A stretch of DNA of 64,000 nt from the human T2T-CHM13v2.0 reference genome, Homo sapiens: the NCBI RefSeq assembly GCF_009914755.1, contig NC_060929.1, one strand, 5' to 3'. The translations under genes were made by a program, and so were the position numbers. Under the pieces are notes generated by a model that was not told the origin of the DNA, did not search any database, and worked only from the letters and a program-made list of their open reading frames with translations. This document shows positions 32,289 to 45,627 of this stretch, piece after piece. Each line of letters opens with the position of its first letter. Within the stretch, counting starts at the first letter, position 1.

Positions 32289-32587
32289 GGCCAAGCACAG
32301 TGGTGCACGCCTCCAATTCCAGCACCTTGGGAGGATGAGGCAGGCGGATTGCTTGAGCCTAGGAGTTCAAGACTAGCCTGGGCAACATGGCAAGACCCCA
32401 TCTCTACAATAAATACAAAAATTAGCTGGGCATGGTAGCATGCACCTGTAGTCCCAGCTACTCGGAAGCCTGAGGTGGGAAGGATCACTTGAGCCCAGGT
32501 GGTTGAGGCTGCAGTGAGCCATGATCACACCACTGCACTCCAGCCTAGGCAACAGAGTAAGACATGTCTCAAAAAATAAAAAATAAG
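32289..32587 (+). mobile_element. AluJ
   Basis: Dimeric Alu with J-type features. Confidence 0.85.
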
Positions 32588-33069
32588 AGTACAAAAATAA
32601 GTTCTTTACATTTTAAATAAAGAAATTGAAAATCTTGAAGCCAATAATCTAATACACAGGACTTTTTAGCCAATAAATTAGATATAGGATCTACTTTCAT
32701 AAAGCCATCTAATTCTGCTTCTGTTTGAAGAGAGGAGAAGATAAATAATATTGATAAATAAGATTAAATTCAGAAAACAAAAATTGCCGATAATACTATG
32801 ACTAGGAAGTACCTAGGCATCATTGAGATGGTTAGTGAAGGATCAGTGAACACAGAGCTCTAGGCCAAGAAGCCAAAGAGCAGAACAGCAGAGGGAGTTG
32901 CAGCTGAAACATTACCATTTTGCAGCCATTGTGGAAAAGACAGGTTCAGGAGATTGATCAATGGTTGTTAAATGTAGAAGTGGTCCATTTAAAAAAGAGC
33001 AAGACATCTGCATGGTCTCAGTGTCTCCCCACAGATAATTTGAAAAAAAAAAAAAAAAAAAAAAACAGA

Positions 33070-33770
33070 AATGACACCACAGAGAAACTGGACAACCCTG
33101 TGACTAGGAAAATTAACACCATGAAGATGGACAACCTATGCCTCCAAATGTAATAGTTCAAGAAGCATGCATCACCTATGGTAGTATCCCAGCCAAGGAT
33201 ACATAACCTGAATCTAAACATGAGGAAACACCAGCAAACCCAAAAACTGATTAACATAAAATAAAATAATAGGCTTTGCAATCCTTAGATATGTCAAATT
33301 CATGAAAGACAAAAAAGGCTAAGGAACTATCCCAGATTAAAGAAGATTAAAGAGACATGGCAACTAAATTAAATATATTATCTTGGACTGGAAACTGTAC
33401 TTGAGGAAAAAAATGCTTGGGAAAAAAAACACTTTATTGGAACAAAGGATAAAATTAGATTAATTTCCTGAATACATCAACACTGTAGTTGCGTAAGAGA
33501 ATATCTTTGTTCTTAAAAATTACACATTAAGATTTTCATTGTAAAAGAACATGATGTGTACAACTGAGTCTCCAATGGTTCAGAAGACATAATAACATGA
33601 ATACGTACATGTGCCTGAATATGCATGGGGAGAGTGAGTGGCAGAGAGAGTAAGCAAGCAATGTAGCATTTTTTTTTTAATTGGTAAATCTGCAAAAGGG
33701 TAGCTCTCTGTGTCATTGTTGCAACTTTTTTGTAAACTTGAAACTATTTCATCAGAGTAAACCATTAAAA
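33070..33770 (+). mobile_element. L1MC-like 3' UTR remnant
   Basis: cataacctgaatcta..aggaactatcccagattaaag..gagacatggcaactaaa motifs. Confidence 0.6.
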
Positions 33771-34398
33771 ACCAGAGGTGAGGAATAGGGTAAGCTTTAA
33801 GTTTTTTATATAAACTTTGTCATTTGATTTTTTAAAAGGCAAGTAATATTACGGTTTTATAAATGAGAAAATGTGGACTCAAGAGAGATTTAATGACCAC
33901 TTCCAGAACAGGGGTCTCCTTGTTTCTGTACAATTCCATTAGACTGCAGGTCAATAGCCAAATGTTTCTAATCCCTGGAAGCTTCTCTGGTGGTACTACT
34001 TGGAGCTACTATTTAAAGTTTTAAACTTTTTGTGAGTTGTATGCACTCACTAATAAAAATACCATACATTTCATCAAGTAGTAAGTAGCACATCTAAACT
34101 TTTGAGAGAATGGGCTCTAATATTAGAGCCCCTGAGTTCAAATTCAGGCAGTGCAATGTTCTACCTTTGTGGCCTTTTCCAAGTTAACAACCTTGCTCCA
34201 ATTTCCTCACGTGTAAAGTGGGAGCAGAGAAGTACCTGGTAATAACCTGCAGGGTTGTTTAGGAAAACTGAATGAGATAATAAATGTAAAGTGGTGTGCA
34301 CAAATACTCAATAAATATCTTTCGGGGAACACAATTCAACCATGGTTATTTGCATATATTACATATCACCTCTAATCAATTAGCTACTTTTATTTTAA

Positions 34399-34812
<414 letters not shown>

Positions 34813-36078
34813 TGACAAAAATCTAAGAGAAAACATCGTAGATGTTCACAAACCATAAAAGTAAATTAATTTGCAAAACAGATTGATGCCGATATACAGG
34901 TTAATTCAGTCTAAACATTTTGCTAATAGTAGAGGCAACAAGCTCCGTACTTGTTCTAGAACAATGGATCATCAAATGCATATAATGAAAAATGAAATCA
35001 GTTACCTTACTTTTAAACTTTTCTAACCTTGGGAAAAAGGAAAAGATTGTATCTTACATGCTATATATATGATTTTGATCCTCAATACAGCCAAAATGTA
35101 ATCCCAATTTGAAGTAGTAGCACTTTCTAGACTACCCAATATTGTTAGTAACGTTTAATTTAAATTTTAATTATACCCTCTAACAGATCTGCAAAGCTAC
35201 TAGCACAGCTATTCTACCTTAATTTAGCATGAATTTAGTGACAGACTATTATGTGACCCTATTGCTTAGTAATGAAAGATTTAAAATAAGAGAAATGTAA
35301 AAATGATAATTCTGGTAAATGTAACCACTACCACCAACCCACCCCCCAAAACAAACAACTTGGGATTTCTTTCCATTTCTCGGTGATACTTTTTACAAAA
35401 CTAAGTGTACCTTGTTTAACATTCGTTTTTAAAATTCACATTATTAATCTGTAAAAGTTTTGGATTTGTTCACAGTAACACTCTTTTAAAATATTTTCTA
35501 TTCATATGCTTATTTTGGATTGGTGTTTTTGTCTGTAGTGCAAAGGACATAATCCAAGAACATTAATACTGGTGTAAACCAGTTTGTCCATTCAAACAGC
35601 CTAAATCCACCTCTCTGCTCCTACACTCCGGGGTCACAAAATAACTTCCCACAAGCAACACTCGCACTCTCACCTTCACCAAAACACTCCTTTCACCCTA
35701 ATCAGGGAATGTATTAAAGTCTGATCCGGCGAACGGTAAATAAACTAGAAGACGATGCTCAAAATTCAGACTCCTGAGCCCAGCCCAAGTCCAATTCAAT
35801 CAGTGTCTTCACGGGTGGGATCTAAGCTCACCAAGTGGTTTCCTTTTCACTAAAGTTTGAAAACTACTAGAGACCCCTACACACATTCGCCCCAAACTCC
35901 CACAACTCCCACCACCGCCAACCAACCCCACCTACCCACCCGCGGGACACGTTACCGCCCTGCCCTGCTCAGACCTCAGGGCGACCCCGCTCCTCTCCAG
36001 GAAGCCCACCCTGGCGCCCACTCCTCCGAGTCCGCAGCTCCTCCCTCCCATCCCCGCAACCCAAACCTTTCTCCTCAC

Positions 36079-36206
36079 TTCTTCAAATCGCTGCTAAAGA
36101 GGCCGAAGGCCCCCGAGGGGGAAATGGTTGAGGTCGCCTCCTGACCCAGCTCCGTCGCCTCCCCTCCTCCGGACTGCTCATTGTAAGGAAAACTATTGCT
36201 GGACAT
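36079..36206 (-). CDS. AP3B1: AP-3 complex subunit beta-1 (beta-3A), coding part of exon 1 (128 nt, codons 1-42 plus 2 nt of K43)
   Basis: Translates MSSNSFPYNEQSGGGEATELGQEATSTISPSGAFGLFSSDLK(K), the AP3B1 N-terminus. ATG at 36206-36204; donor GAA|GTGAGG at 36078; lies in a CpG island. Confidence 0.97.
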
Positions 36207-36367
36207 TGCCGCGGTGCTGGCGGGTGCGGGGTTGGTCCTGCCGGGGGTTCTCTCCAAAAGGTTCCAGTCCAGAGGGCACGGAACAAAACTAGTTCTCGTA
36301 CGGAGGAGCGCGCGCAGGCGCTTCCGGACTCGTCACGGCTCCCTGAGCCGACCTGGCAGTCCACCCC

Positions 36368-36381
36368 CTGCGCATGCGCAG
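36368..36381. promoter_or_regulatory. NRF1 binding motif (perfect palindrome CTGCGCATGCGCAG)
   Basis: Exact match to the NRF1 consensus YGCGCAYGCGCR, ~165 nt upstream of the ATG. Confidence 0.8.
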
Positions 36382-36868
36382 TGTGCAGGCCTGCTAGATT
36401 ACCACCCGGGCCATCCAGGCCTGCGCGGACTTTCCTGCTCCGGGCTTTAGAGGTAGCTGAGCGGCTGCGAGCCGGACTGCGGAAGGGGAGGCAGCGGGTG
36501 GCTAACTGCCCGGCTCCCGGCCCGTTTGAGGTGTGTCTTTGGAGAAGGATACCCATTGCATCCGTTTTGATCCGTTAAGGAGTTTCCAGAGCCCGGACAG
36601 CTCTTTGCTATACTTCAGTAAAGCAATAGTTTTCAGATTTCTCCGGAAATGCCATTTAGCACGCCAGATCACCTTTCCTAAACCCATCACGATCGCTTTT
36701 CCTTTTCTTGCTTGTTTCGGCTACTCTCTTCCATCCGGCTTTGCCTTACTTTCATATCGGTCCCAAACAACTTTTCTCCTAGACTTTAAGGAGGCCTCTC
36801 CCAACGATGGTTTGGAGGATCCGCACAGAAGCGACCATTCCATCTTTTCAATGAAAGTCTTGGGGGCA

Positions 36869-37169
36869 GACCGGGCGCGGTGGCTCACGCCAGTAATTCC
36901 AGCACTTTGGGAGGCCGAGGCGGGTGGATCACTTGAGGCCAGGAGTTCGAGACCAGCCTAGGCAACATAGCGAGACCCTTTCTCTGCAAAAAATATAAAA
37001 ATTAGCCGGCGTGGTGGCGCGTGTCTGTGGTCCCAGCTACTGAGGCTGAGGTGGGAGGATCACTCGAACCCAGAAGGAGGGGGTAGCGATGAGTTGAGAT
37101 CTCTCCACTGCATTCCAGCCTGGGCGACAGAGCGAGACCCTGTCTCAAAAAAATGAAAAAGAAAAGAAA
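36869..37169 (+). mobile_element. AluJ-like, CpG-rich, immediately upstream of the AP3B1 promoter
   Basis: Dimeric Alu; TSD-like TCTTGGGG. Confidence 0.85.
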
Positions 37170-37829
37170 ACATCTTGGGGCCACCAGTTCCCGTTTGGAG
37201 CTGAAGTGGTGCGTCCTATTGGCGTCTAGCTACCAAAAATAAAATGGACCACCTCGCGCGCCAGTCGTGTTACTCACTAATATGCACTAGGGAGCCTAGG
37301 CGGGATGCTTGCCTGGCCCCAGAGTAGCTCTCTCCGGGTGCTGGCACCCGAGAAAACCTCTTTCCCGGGGTGCCTTCCCCCAGCCCGCCTTCTCAGGTGG
37401 GTTTCAGCGCCTTCCCTCTCTTCTCCCCAGTGCCTCCCGTCCAAGGAAGGCATTAACACCCAAAGCCCTGGCGGCCAGGTACTGAAACTGTCAAGGGATT
37501 CTACCAGGTAGAACGCGAACCTGGAGGCCGGCCGCCCCAGGGAAGGCGGTGGGGCGTTTTCAAGGATGAGAGTATGATCTCCAAATTTCAAAAGGTCACA
37601 CTGTCACTGTGGAAGCACGCAAGAGCGTGGCTCTGGGTGGGAGAGGAAGGGACGTCCTCCAAACTTGATCGTCTGGTCAAATATTGGCAGGTTTTTAATT
37701 CAGCTGTTAGAATACTCCTCCGGAGAGCCAATGATGAGCACCTAAAATGTGTTATTTGTCAGTATTAATTAATAGAATTTCACCTACAACTGACTATTGA
37801 TGATGAGGATGAGGATGATCATAGATAAC

Positions 37830-38042
37830 TATATATTATTATATAATCCTTAATATATACCAGGATATAAGTAGTTTTATATATATTAAAACTTCTAAGT
37901 AGTTTTATATATATAAATAGTTAAAGTAGTTAACTTTTAATATAAAAAAATTTATTTTAAGTTAAAATAAATACTTTTAAGTTAAAATAGTTAACTTTTA
38001 ATATATATTAAAAGTTCTAAGTAGTTTTATATATATTAATAG
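37830..38042. repeat. AT-rich mosaic of direct and inverted micro-repeats
   Basis: aagtagttttatatatat x3, tagttaacttttaatata x2, ttttaagttaaaata x2. Confidence 0.75.
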
Positions 38043-39737
38043 TAAAAAGAGCTAGGCTTTGATTACTTTATTTGTAAAATGAGAACATTGATATACACAT
38101 AGCCTGGAAAATCTCGGACACATACCTGATTACAGAATTTCTTGGTTTTAGAGCATGTACACTTTTACCAGATATCCTAAATTTTTTTCCAGCATACTTT
38201 TAGCAGTGGATAATCTTCTTTCTTCACATTCTCACAAACGTTTAGCTTTCTAAAAATGTTTAATTGTCATCAATATGATACAAATGAATATTATTTGTAT
38301 TGTAATTAATTTTCATTCTCATGGCCATAATGAACTTGAGAATATTTTATGTGATTGTTACTCCATTTGCATTTTATTTCCTGGGAATTGCACATGAACC
38401 TATTTATCCACTTTTACACTGAGTAGTTTTTCTGATGGACTTGAAGAGTTCTTTATCATTGAGTCTGTTATTTTTAATTAACTGCTTGATTTTATTTTGT
38501 AATATTTTTATTTTTTCATACAGACTCAGGTAGGAGACTGACCTACAATATTGGGGTTTTGGGTTTTGGGGGTTTGTTTTTTGGGGTTTTGTTTGTTTTG
38601 TTTTTACATTGTCTTTGAATGGTGTGGATATTAAGAATATCTATTCTTCAAAAAAGAGGTATAGGTAACTTTCTTTTTCTCTGGAATATTACGTATAAGA
38701 TACAAAGCATATATTCCTGGATGAAATAGGTAAAACTTTATTTTTATCACTAAAAAAAAAATAAAAAAATGAGAGCATTGACAAGAAGGGACTTGAGGCC
38801 CTTACTGCCTTAGAATTCTAACACTGTATATTCTTACAGAAAGATAAAAAGTAATAACTCCATGGGCTGTGGTCCAGCTTTCCCATATCTCCAGAACTGA
38901 AAAATCTTTTATATAGCCATGAAGTTTTCTGACAGAGGAAAAAAAGTCACACTTCCAACTGGAAGAAACATTAATAAAACTAAAAGATTACTCTTTGACA
39001 CCTGTTGCCAAACCAAACCAGATTTTTCTGTTTCCTGCCAGTATACGTAGTGTCTGGTATTACTGCCAAATAAGCTGTTTTTTTTTTTCCAAAAACTATT
39101 TTCCCCCTAACACTTAACAAAACCTTTATCAAATTTTCTGTTTCCATTTCTGTTCATCTAACCCTCATGATATAGGTGTTAAGTGTGTATATATATTCAA
39201 GCTTTTTTCTCTAAGCATAGAAAAATAAATGATATATGGCATGTTTCTGCAAATACCAGTTAAAACCATAATACCATTCTGCATCTTACTGCATCTCACT
39301 GTTTTAAAGATCTACATAGTATTTCATTTCATAGGTGCATCTTTATTTATTTAATCAATAGCCTATTGATACACATGTAAATTGTTTCCAGTTTTGGACT
39401 ATTATAACAACTTTGTCAATGCATGTCTTTGCACCACGCCACCACTATTCCCATTAGTTAAGATTCCAAAAGTCCAATAGCTAGAACAGATGATATGTGC
39501 AATTAAAATTTTAATAGATATTGCCAAATTTCTAACATAAAAAGAGAATACCAACACTTTCACCAATATTCTTCCATCTCAACACACCCTTTCCAGCAAT
39601 GTACATCATAAATCTTTTTAATGTTTGCTAATCTGATTGGTAATAATAATAATAAAATCTCTACTATCATTTAAACTTGCATCTCATTTATTCTAAGTAA
39701 AGAGACATTAAAATGTATTGTCCAAATAGGAAGTTTT

Positions 39738-40049
39738 CTTTTTTTGTTTGTTTGTTCGTTTGTTTTTTGAGATGAGTTTTGCTCTTGTTGCCCAGGCTGG
39801 AGAATAATGGCGTGATCTCAGCTCACTGAAACCTCTGTCTCCTGGGATCAAGTGATTCTCCTGCCTCAGCCTCCCGAGTAGCTGGGATTACAGGCATGCG
39901 CTACTATGCCCAGCTAATTTTATATTTTTAGTAGAGATGGAGTTTCACCATGTTAGTCAGGCTGGTCTCGAACTTCTGACCTCAAGCGATCCACTCGCCT
40001 CGGCCTCCCAAAGTGCTGGGATTACAGACGTAAGCCACAGCGCCCAGCC
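39738..40049 (-). mobile_element. AluS
   Basis: TSD CCAAATAGGAAGTTTTC. Confidence 0.9.
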
Positions 40050-40339
40050 CCAAATAGGAAGTTTTCGAGACAAAAAGTGATACTAGTCATAATTTTACTG
40101 GACAAATACATGTAAACCAGGACTCTGCCAGGGAAATAGGCATATATGGTTACCCTAAATATAACAGATTTAAAGCACACATCAAACGGCTATTTGAATT
40201 TTTCTTCTATTAATTATGCACATTTGTCACTTGCTTAGTTTTAAGTGGATCTTTTATTGATTTGTAGGCATACTTTATAGATACTGAATGTTAACATTTT
40301 CTCATTATTATCTAGAATATGTTATAAAAATTGATTCAA

Positions 40340-40620
40340 GGCCGGGCACAGTGGCTGACACCTGTAATCCCAGCACTTTGGGAGGCCAAGGCAGGCGGAT
40401 CACTTGAGGTCAGGAGTTCGAGACCAGCCTGGTCAACATGGTGAAACCCCATCTCTACTAAAAATACAAAAATTAGCCTGGTGTAGTGGTACATGCCTGT
40501 AATCCCAGCTACTGGGGAGGCTGAGGCAGGAGAATTGCTCAAACCCGGGAGGCAGAGGATGCAGTGAGCTGAGATGGTGCATTGCACTCCAGCCTGGGCG
40601 AAGAAGCGAGACTCTGTCTC

Positions 40621-40648
<28 letters not shown>
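40340..40648 (+). mobile_element. AluS
   Basis: TSD AAAAATTGATTCAA; long pure A tail. Confidence 0.9.
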
Positions 40649-40653
<5 letters not shown>

Positions 40654-41103
40654 TCAAAAAGTTGCAGGAAACCTGAATAAACTAAATAACTATAGAAGAG
40701 AATTGGAAACGTTGCCAAAAGTCTACCACCAAAAAAGGACTACACTAATATAGTTCTATTGGGCCTATAAGGAGTTTACTATTTCTGTTATTTTAAACTA
40801 TTATTAAACTTAGCAAAGAAAAAGACAAAGCACTTCCAAATTCATTTTGTAGGACTGATTTTATTAAATACAAAAAAGAACAATAAACTATCTCAATACT
40901 AAACAAATGCTAAATGAAAAACAAAATAATCCAATACGTTTTGTTATATGATAAAAGAATCTTTGAACATTAAGAAACATAATGATAGATACTGGAAATC
41001 ATTTCATAATATTTTATCAGCTCTTCTGATTTAAAGAAAAAATTAATAATCCAGAAATAAAAGTAAATTTTCTTATTATTATTATATATATGTAAATAGG
41101 TAT

Positions 41104-43623
41104 CAATATGGTTTGGCTCTGTGTCCCCACCCAAATCTCATCTGAAATTTTAAAACCCATAAACCCCACAATCTCCAAGTGTCTTGGGAGGGATCTGGTA
41201 GGAGGTCACTGGATCATGGAGGTGGTTTCCCCCATGCTGTTCTCATGACAGTGAGTGAGTTCTCATGAGATCTGATGGTTTTATAAGGGGCTCTTACCCC
41301 TTCATTCTCTCTCTCTCCTGCCACCTTGTGAAGCAGGTGCCTTCTTTCCCCTCCACCATGATTGTAAGTTCCCTGAGGCCTCCCCAGCCATGCAGAACTG
41401 TGAGTCAATTAAATCTCTTTTCTTTACAAATTACCCAATCTAGGGTAGTATCTTTGTAGCAGTGTGAAAACAAAATAATACAGTAAATTGGTACCAGTAG
41501 AGTGGGGTACTGCTATAAAGACAAACTGAAAATGTGGAAGTGACTTTGAAACTAGGTAACAGGCAGAGGTTGGAGCAGTTTGGAGGGCTCAGAAGAAGAC
41601 AGGAAGATATGGGAAAGTTTGGAACTTCCTAGAGATTTGTTGAATGGTTTTGACCAAAATGCCGATAGTGATGTGGACAATGAAGTCCAGGGTGAAGTGG
41701 TCTCAGATGGAGATGAGGAACTATATTAGTCTGTTCTCATGCTGCTAATAAAGACATACCTGAGACTGGGCAATTTATAAAGTAAAGATGTTTAATGAAC
41801 TCACAATTCCTCATAGCTCAGGAGGCGTCATTCATGGCAGAAGACGAAGGAAGAGCAAAAGGACATCTTACGTGGTGGCAGACAAAAGAAAGCTCCTGCA
41901 GGGAAAGTCCCCTTTATAAAACCATCAGATCTCTTGAGATTTATTCACTATCACCACAACAGCACAGGAAAAACCTGCCCCCATGATTCAATTACCTCCC
42001 ACTGGGTCCCTCCCACAACACATGGGGATTATTATAATTCAAGATGAGATTTGGGTGGAGACACAGAGCCAAACCATATCAGGAATTTATTGGAAACTGG
42101 AGCAAAATCACTCTTACTATGCTTTTGCCCCTGCCATAGAGATGTGTGAAACTTTGAACTTGACAGAGATGATTAGGGTGTCTGACAGAAGAAATTTCTA
42201 AGCAGCAAAGTGTTCAAGAAGTGACAGAACATAAAAGTTTGGAAAATTTGCAGCGACACCATGTGGTAAAAAAGAAAAACCCATTTACTCATTTTCTGGG
42301 GAATAATTCAAGCTGCTGCAGAAATTTGCATAAGTAATGAGGGGCCAAAATGTTAATTGTTAAGACACTGGGGAAAATGTTTCCAGGGCATGTCAGAGGT
42401 CTTCACAGCAGCTCCTCCCATCACAGGCTCTGAGGCCCAGGAGGAAAAAATGGCCCCACTGCTCTGTGCAGCTTCAGGACTTAGTGCCCTGCTTCCCAGC
42501 CACTCTAGCTCTAGCCATGGCTAAAAGGAGCCAAGGAACAGTTCAGGCTGTTTCTTCAAAGGAAGTAAGCCCCAAGCCTTGGCAGCTTCCATGTGGTGTT
42601 GGGCTTGCGGGTGCATAGAAGTCAAGAATTGAGGCCTTGGAACCTCTGCCTAGATTTCAGAGGATGTATGGAAATGCCTGGATGTCTATACAGAAGTCTG
42701 CTGCAGAGGCAGAGCCCTCATGGAGAATTTCTGCTAGGGCAGTACAGAAAGGAAATGTGGGGTTGGAGCCTACACACAGAGTACCCACTGGGGCATTGCC
42801 TAGTGGAGCTGTGAGAAGAAAGCCACCACCCTCCAGACCCCAGAATGATAGATCCACCTACAGCTTGCACCATGCACCTGGAAGAGCTGCAGGCACTCAA
42901 TGCCAGCCGATGAAGGAGCTTCCCAAGGCCATGGGAGCCCACCCCTTGCATCAGCATGTCCTGGATGTGAGACTTGGAGTCAAAGGAGATTATTTTAGAG
43001 CTTTAAGATTTAATGGCTGCCCCACTGAATGTCGAACTTGCATGGGGCCTCCACTCCCTTTGTTTTTGATTTTACAGGCTCATAGGCAGAAAGAACTTGC
43101 CTTGTGTCAGATAAGACTTTGGACTTGGACTTTTGAGTTAATGCTGAAATGAGTTAAGACTTTGGTGGACTGTTGGGAAGGCATGATTGGGTTGAAATGT
43201 TAAAAAGACATAAGATTTGGGAAGGAGCAGGGCTGCAATGATATGGTTTGGCTCTGTGTCCCCACCCAAATCTCATCTTGAATTGCAATCTCCATAATCT
43301 CCATGTGTCGAGAGAGGGACCTGGTTAGAGGTGATTGGATCACCGGGGTGGTTTCCCCCATGCTGTTCTCATGATAGTGAGTGAGTTCTCACAAGATCTG
43401 ATGGTTTTATAAGGGGCTCTTCCTCCTTCACTATCTCTCGCTCTCTCTCTCTCTCTCCTGCCACCTTGTGAAATAAGGTGCCTGCTTCCCCTTCAGCCAT
43501 GATTGTAAGCTTCCTGAGGCCTCACCACCCATACAAAACTGTGAGTCATTTAAACCTCTTTTCTTTATTAATTACCCAGTCTCAGGTAGTATCTTTGTAG
43601 CAGTGTGAAAATGGACTAATACA
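41104..43623 (+). mobile_element. Two-LTR THE1 (THE1C/D-like) MaLR element: 5' LTR 41104-41482, internal region, 3' LTR 43239-43623
   Basis: Two similar LTRs (gatatggtttggctctgtgtcccc...aataca); THE1-int starts gtaaattggtaccagtagagtgggg; 5-bp TSD GGTAT/GATAT. Confidence 0.88.
41722..42081 (-). mobile_element. THE1 solo LTR nested antisense within THE1-int
   Basis: Reverse-complement THE1 LTR; 5-bp TSD GGAAC/GGAAT. Confidence 0.85.
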
Positions 43624-43902
43624 GATATAGATAAATAGACAGATTACGTTAAAATACCTCCACAAAATATACAAAGTAAAACACACCTCATGTTTCATAG
43701 TGAAACATCAAAGGCATTCCAACTAAAGTCAGAAAAAAGGTAAATATGCCTATTAACGCCATCATCATTTAACACTGTTCTATAGATTCTAACTAATGCA
43801 ATAAAACAAGAAAAACAAATAAGAAAAATAAACAGTATAAAGGAGAAAAGATTATAACATTTATAAATGATATTGTCTCACTAGAAAGTCTCAGAGATGT
43901 TA

Positions 43903-44280
<378 letters not shown>

Positions 44281-44828
44281 GGAATGTAACTTCAAAAAGA
44301 GCCTGTTCCACGTAGCAACAAAGAAGTAAGCCTTAAGAAATCAACCTTAAAAAATGTACAAGTCCTAAGTGACGAAAATATAAAATTTTACCGAAGGGTT
44401 AGGGGTTGGGGTAGAGACCTAAAAAGGAGTCTATGTTTCTGAATAAAAATATTTGAATGAATTTAGATATTTAATGCAGTTTCAATCAAAATTGAAAATG
44501 TTTTACTAGGCCAATTGAAGCTAAAGTTCATCTAGAAGAATAAATGCAGCTGAAAGCAAGACATTTTTTGGAAAGAAAAAAAAGAATATTGGACTCACCC
44601 TACCACTCATTTAAATGTACTATAAAATTGTTGTAATGTAAAAGTCTGGTAATGACCCAAGAGCAAATAAATTGATTGGCAGCATAGAATAGAAACAGAC
44701 TCAGTTATATGCTGGCATTGACATTATGAAAAAGTTAATATTCCTGACCTGTTAGGAAATAATGTAGTATACAATAAATGCTACTGGGACAATTAGTTAA
44801 CTATGTGGCAAAAATTAGGCTCCATCCC

Positions 44829-45335
44829 TGTGTTAATTTCCTATTACTGCTGTTACAAATTACCACAAACTAGATAGTTTGAAACAACATAAGTTTATTC
44901 CTACAGTTCTGGAGTCCAGAGGCTCAAAATCAAGGAACACAGTCTAAGGTATGGGCAGGACCCTCCCTCCAGAAGCTCTAGGGGGAAATTCTTCCTTGCC
45001 TTTTCTAGCTTTTAGGGCTGCATTCCTTGTACTCCTTGGCTCCAGGCCCCTTCCTCCATCTCCAGGGCAGCAGCATAACATCTTCAAGTCTCTCTCTCTG
45101 CTCCGTCTTCACATGGCCTCTTCCTCTTCTTTGTCAAATTTCCTTCTGCCTTCCTCTTTTAAGGACACTTGTGATGACATTTAAGGCCCACCAAGTTAAT
45201 CCAGGATAATCTCCCCATCTCAGCACCCTTAACTTAATTGTATCTATAAAGTCACTTTTGCCATATAAAGTAACATTCACATTTTTCAGGGATTAGAATT
45301 TGGACATATTTGGGAGCTGTTATTCAGCCTACTGT
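44829..45335 (-). mobile_element. MLT1 (D/E-like) LTR
   Basis: tgtgttaatttcctattactgctgttacaaattaccacaaact..ataatctccccatctc..tattcagcctact. Confidence 0.75.
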
Positions 45336-45401
45336 AATCTCTAACCCACACAATGCCTAAAATAAACCCCAGATTGATTAAAGATAAACTACAAAAACTA
45401 A

Positions 45402-45627
45402 TTTTTTTTAATTTTTATTTTAAGTTCAGTAGTGCAAGTGCAGGTTTGTTACACAGGTTAACTTATGTCATGGGAGTTTGTTGTACAGATTATTTCATCA
45501 CTCAGGTATTAAGCCTAGTATCTATTAGTTATTTAGCTATTTTTCCTGATCCTCTCCCTCTTCCCACCCTCCATCCTCCAAAAGGCCCCAGTGTGTGTTG
45601 TTCCCCTTTATGTGTCCATGTGTTCTC
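45402..45627 (-). mobile_element. 5'-truncated L1PA 3' end
   Basis: gtgcaggtttgttacacagg..gtgtccatgtgttctca; TSD AAAAACT(A/G)ATT. Confidence 0.8.

Larger units (their letters stand above)
35880..36600 (-). promoter_or_regulatory. AP3B1: CpG-island, TATA-less promoter and 5' UTR of AP3B1
   Basis: High GC and dense CpG against an AT-rich background. ETS-type cores (CTTCCGG 36321-36327, GCGGAAG ~36479) and an NRF1 site. Exact TSS cannot be read from sequence. Confidence 0.85.

Noticed and set aside
36083-36961. Several 60-157 aa ORFs over the promoter, including a TTG-started N-terminal extension of AP3B1
   Set aside because: Expected in GC-rich, stop-poor DNA; no recognisable homology, and one ends in an Alu.
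42637-43152. 171-aa ORF
   Set aside because: Decayed THE1 internal region; non-ATG start and fragmented frames.
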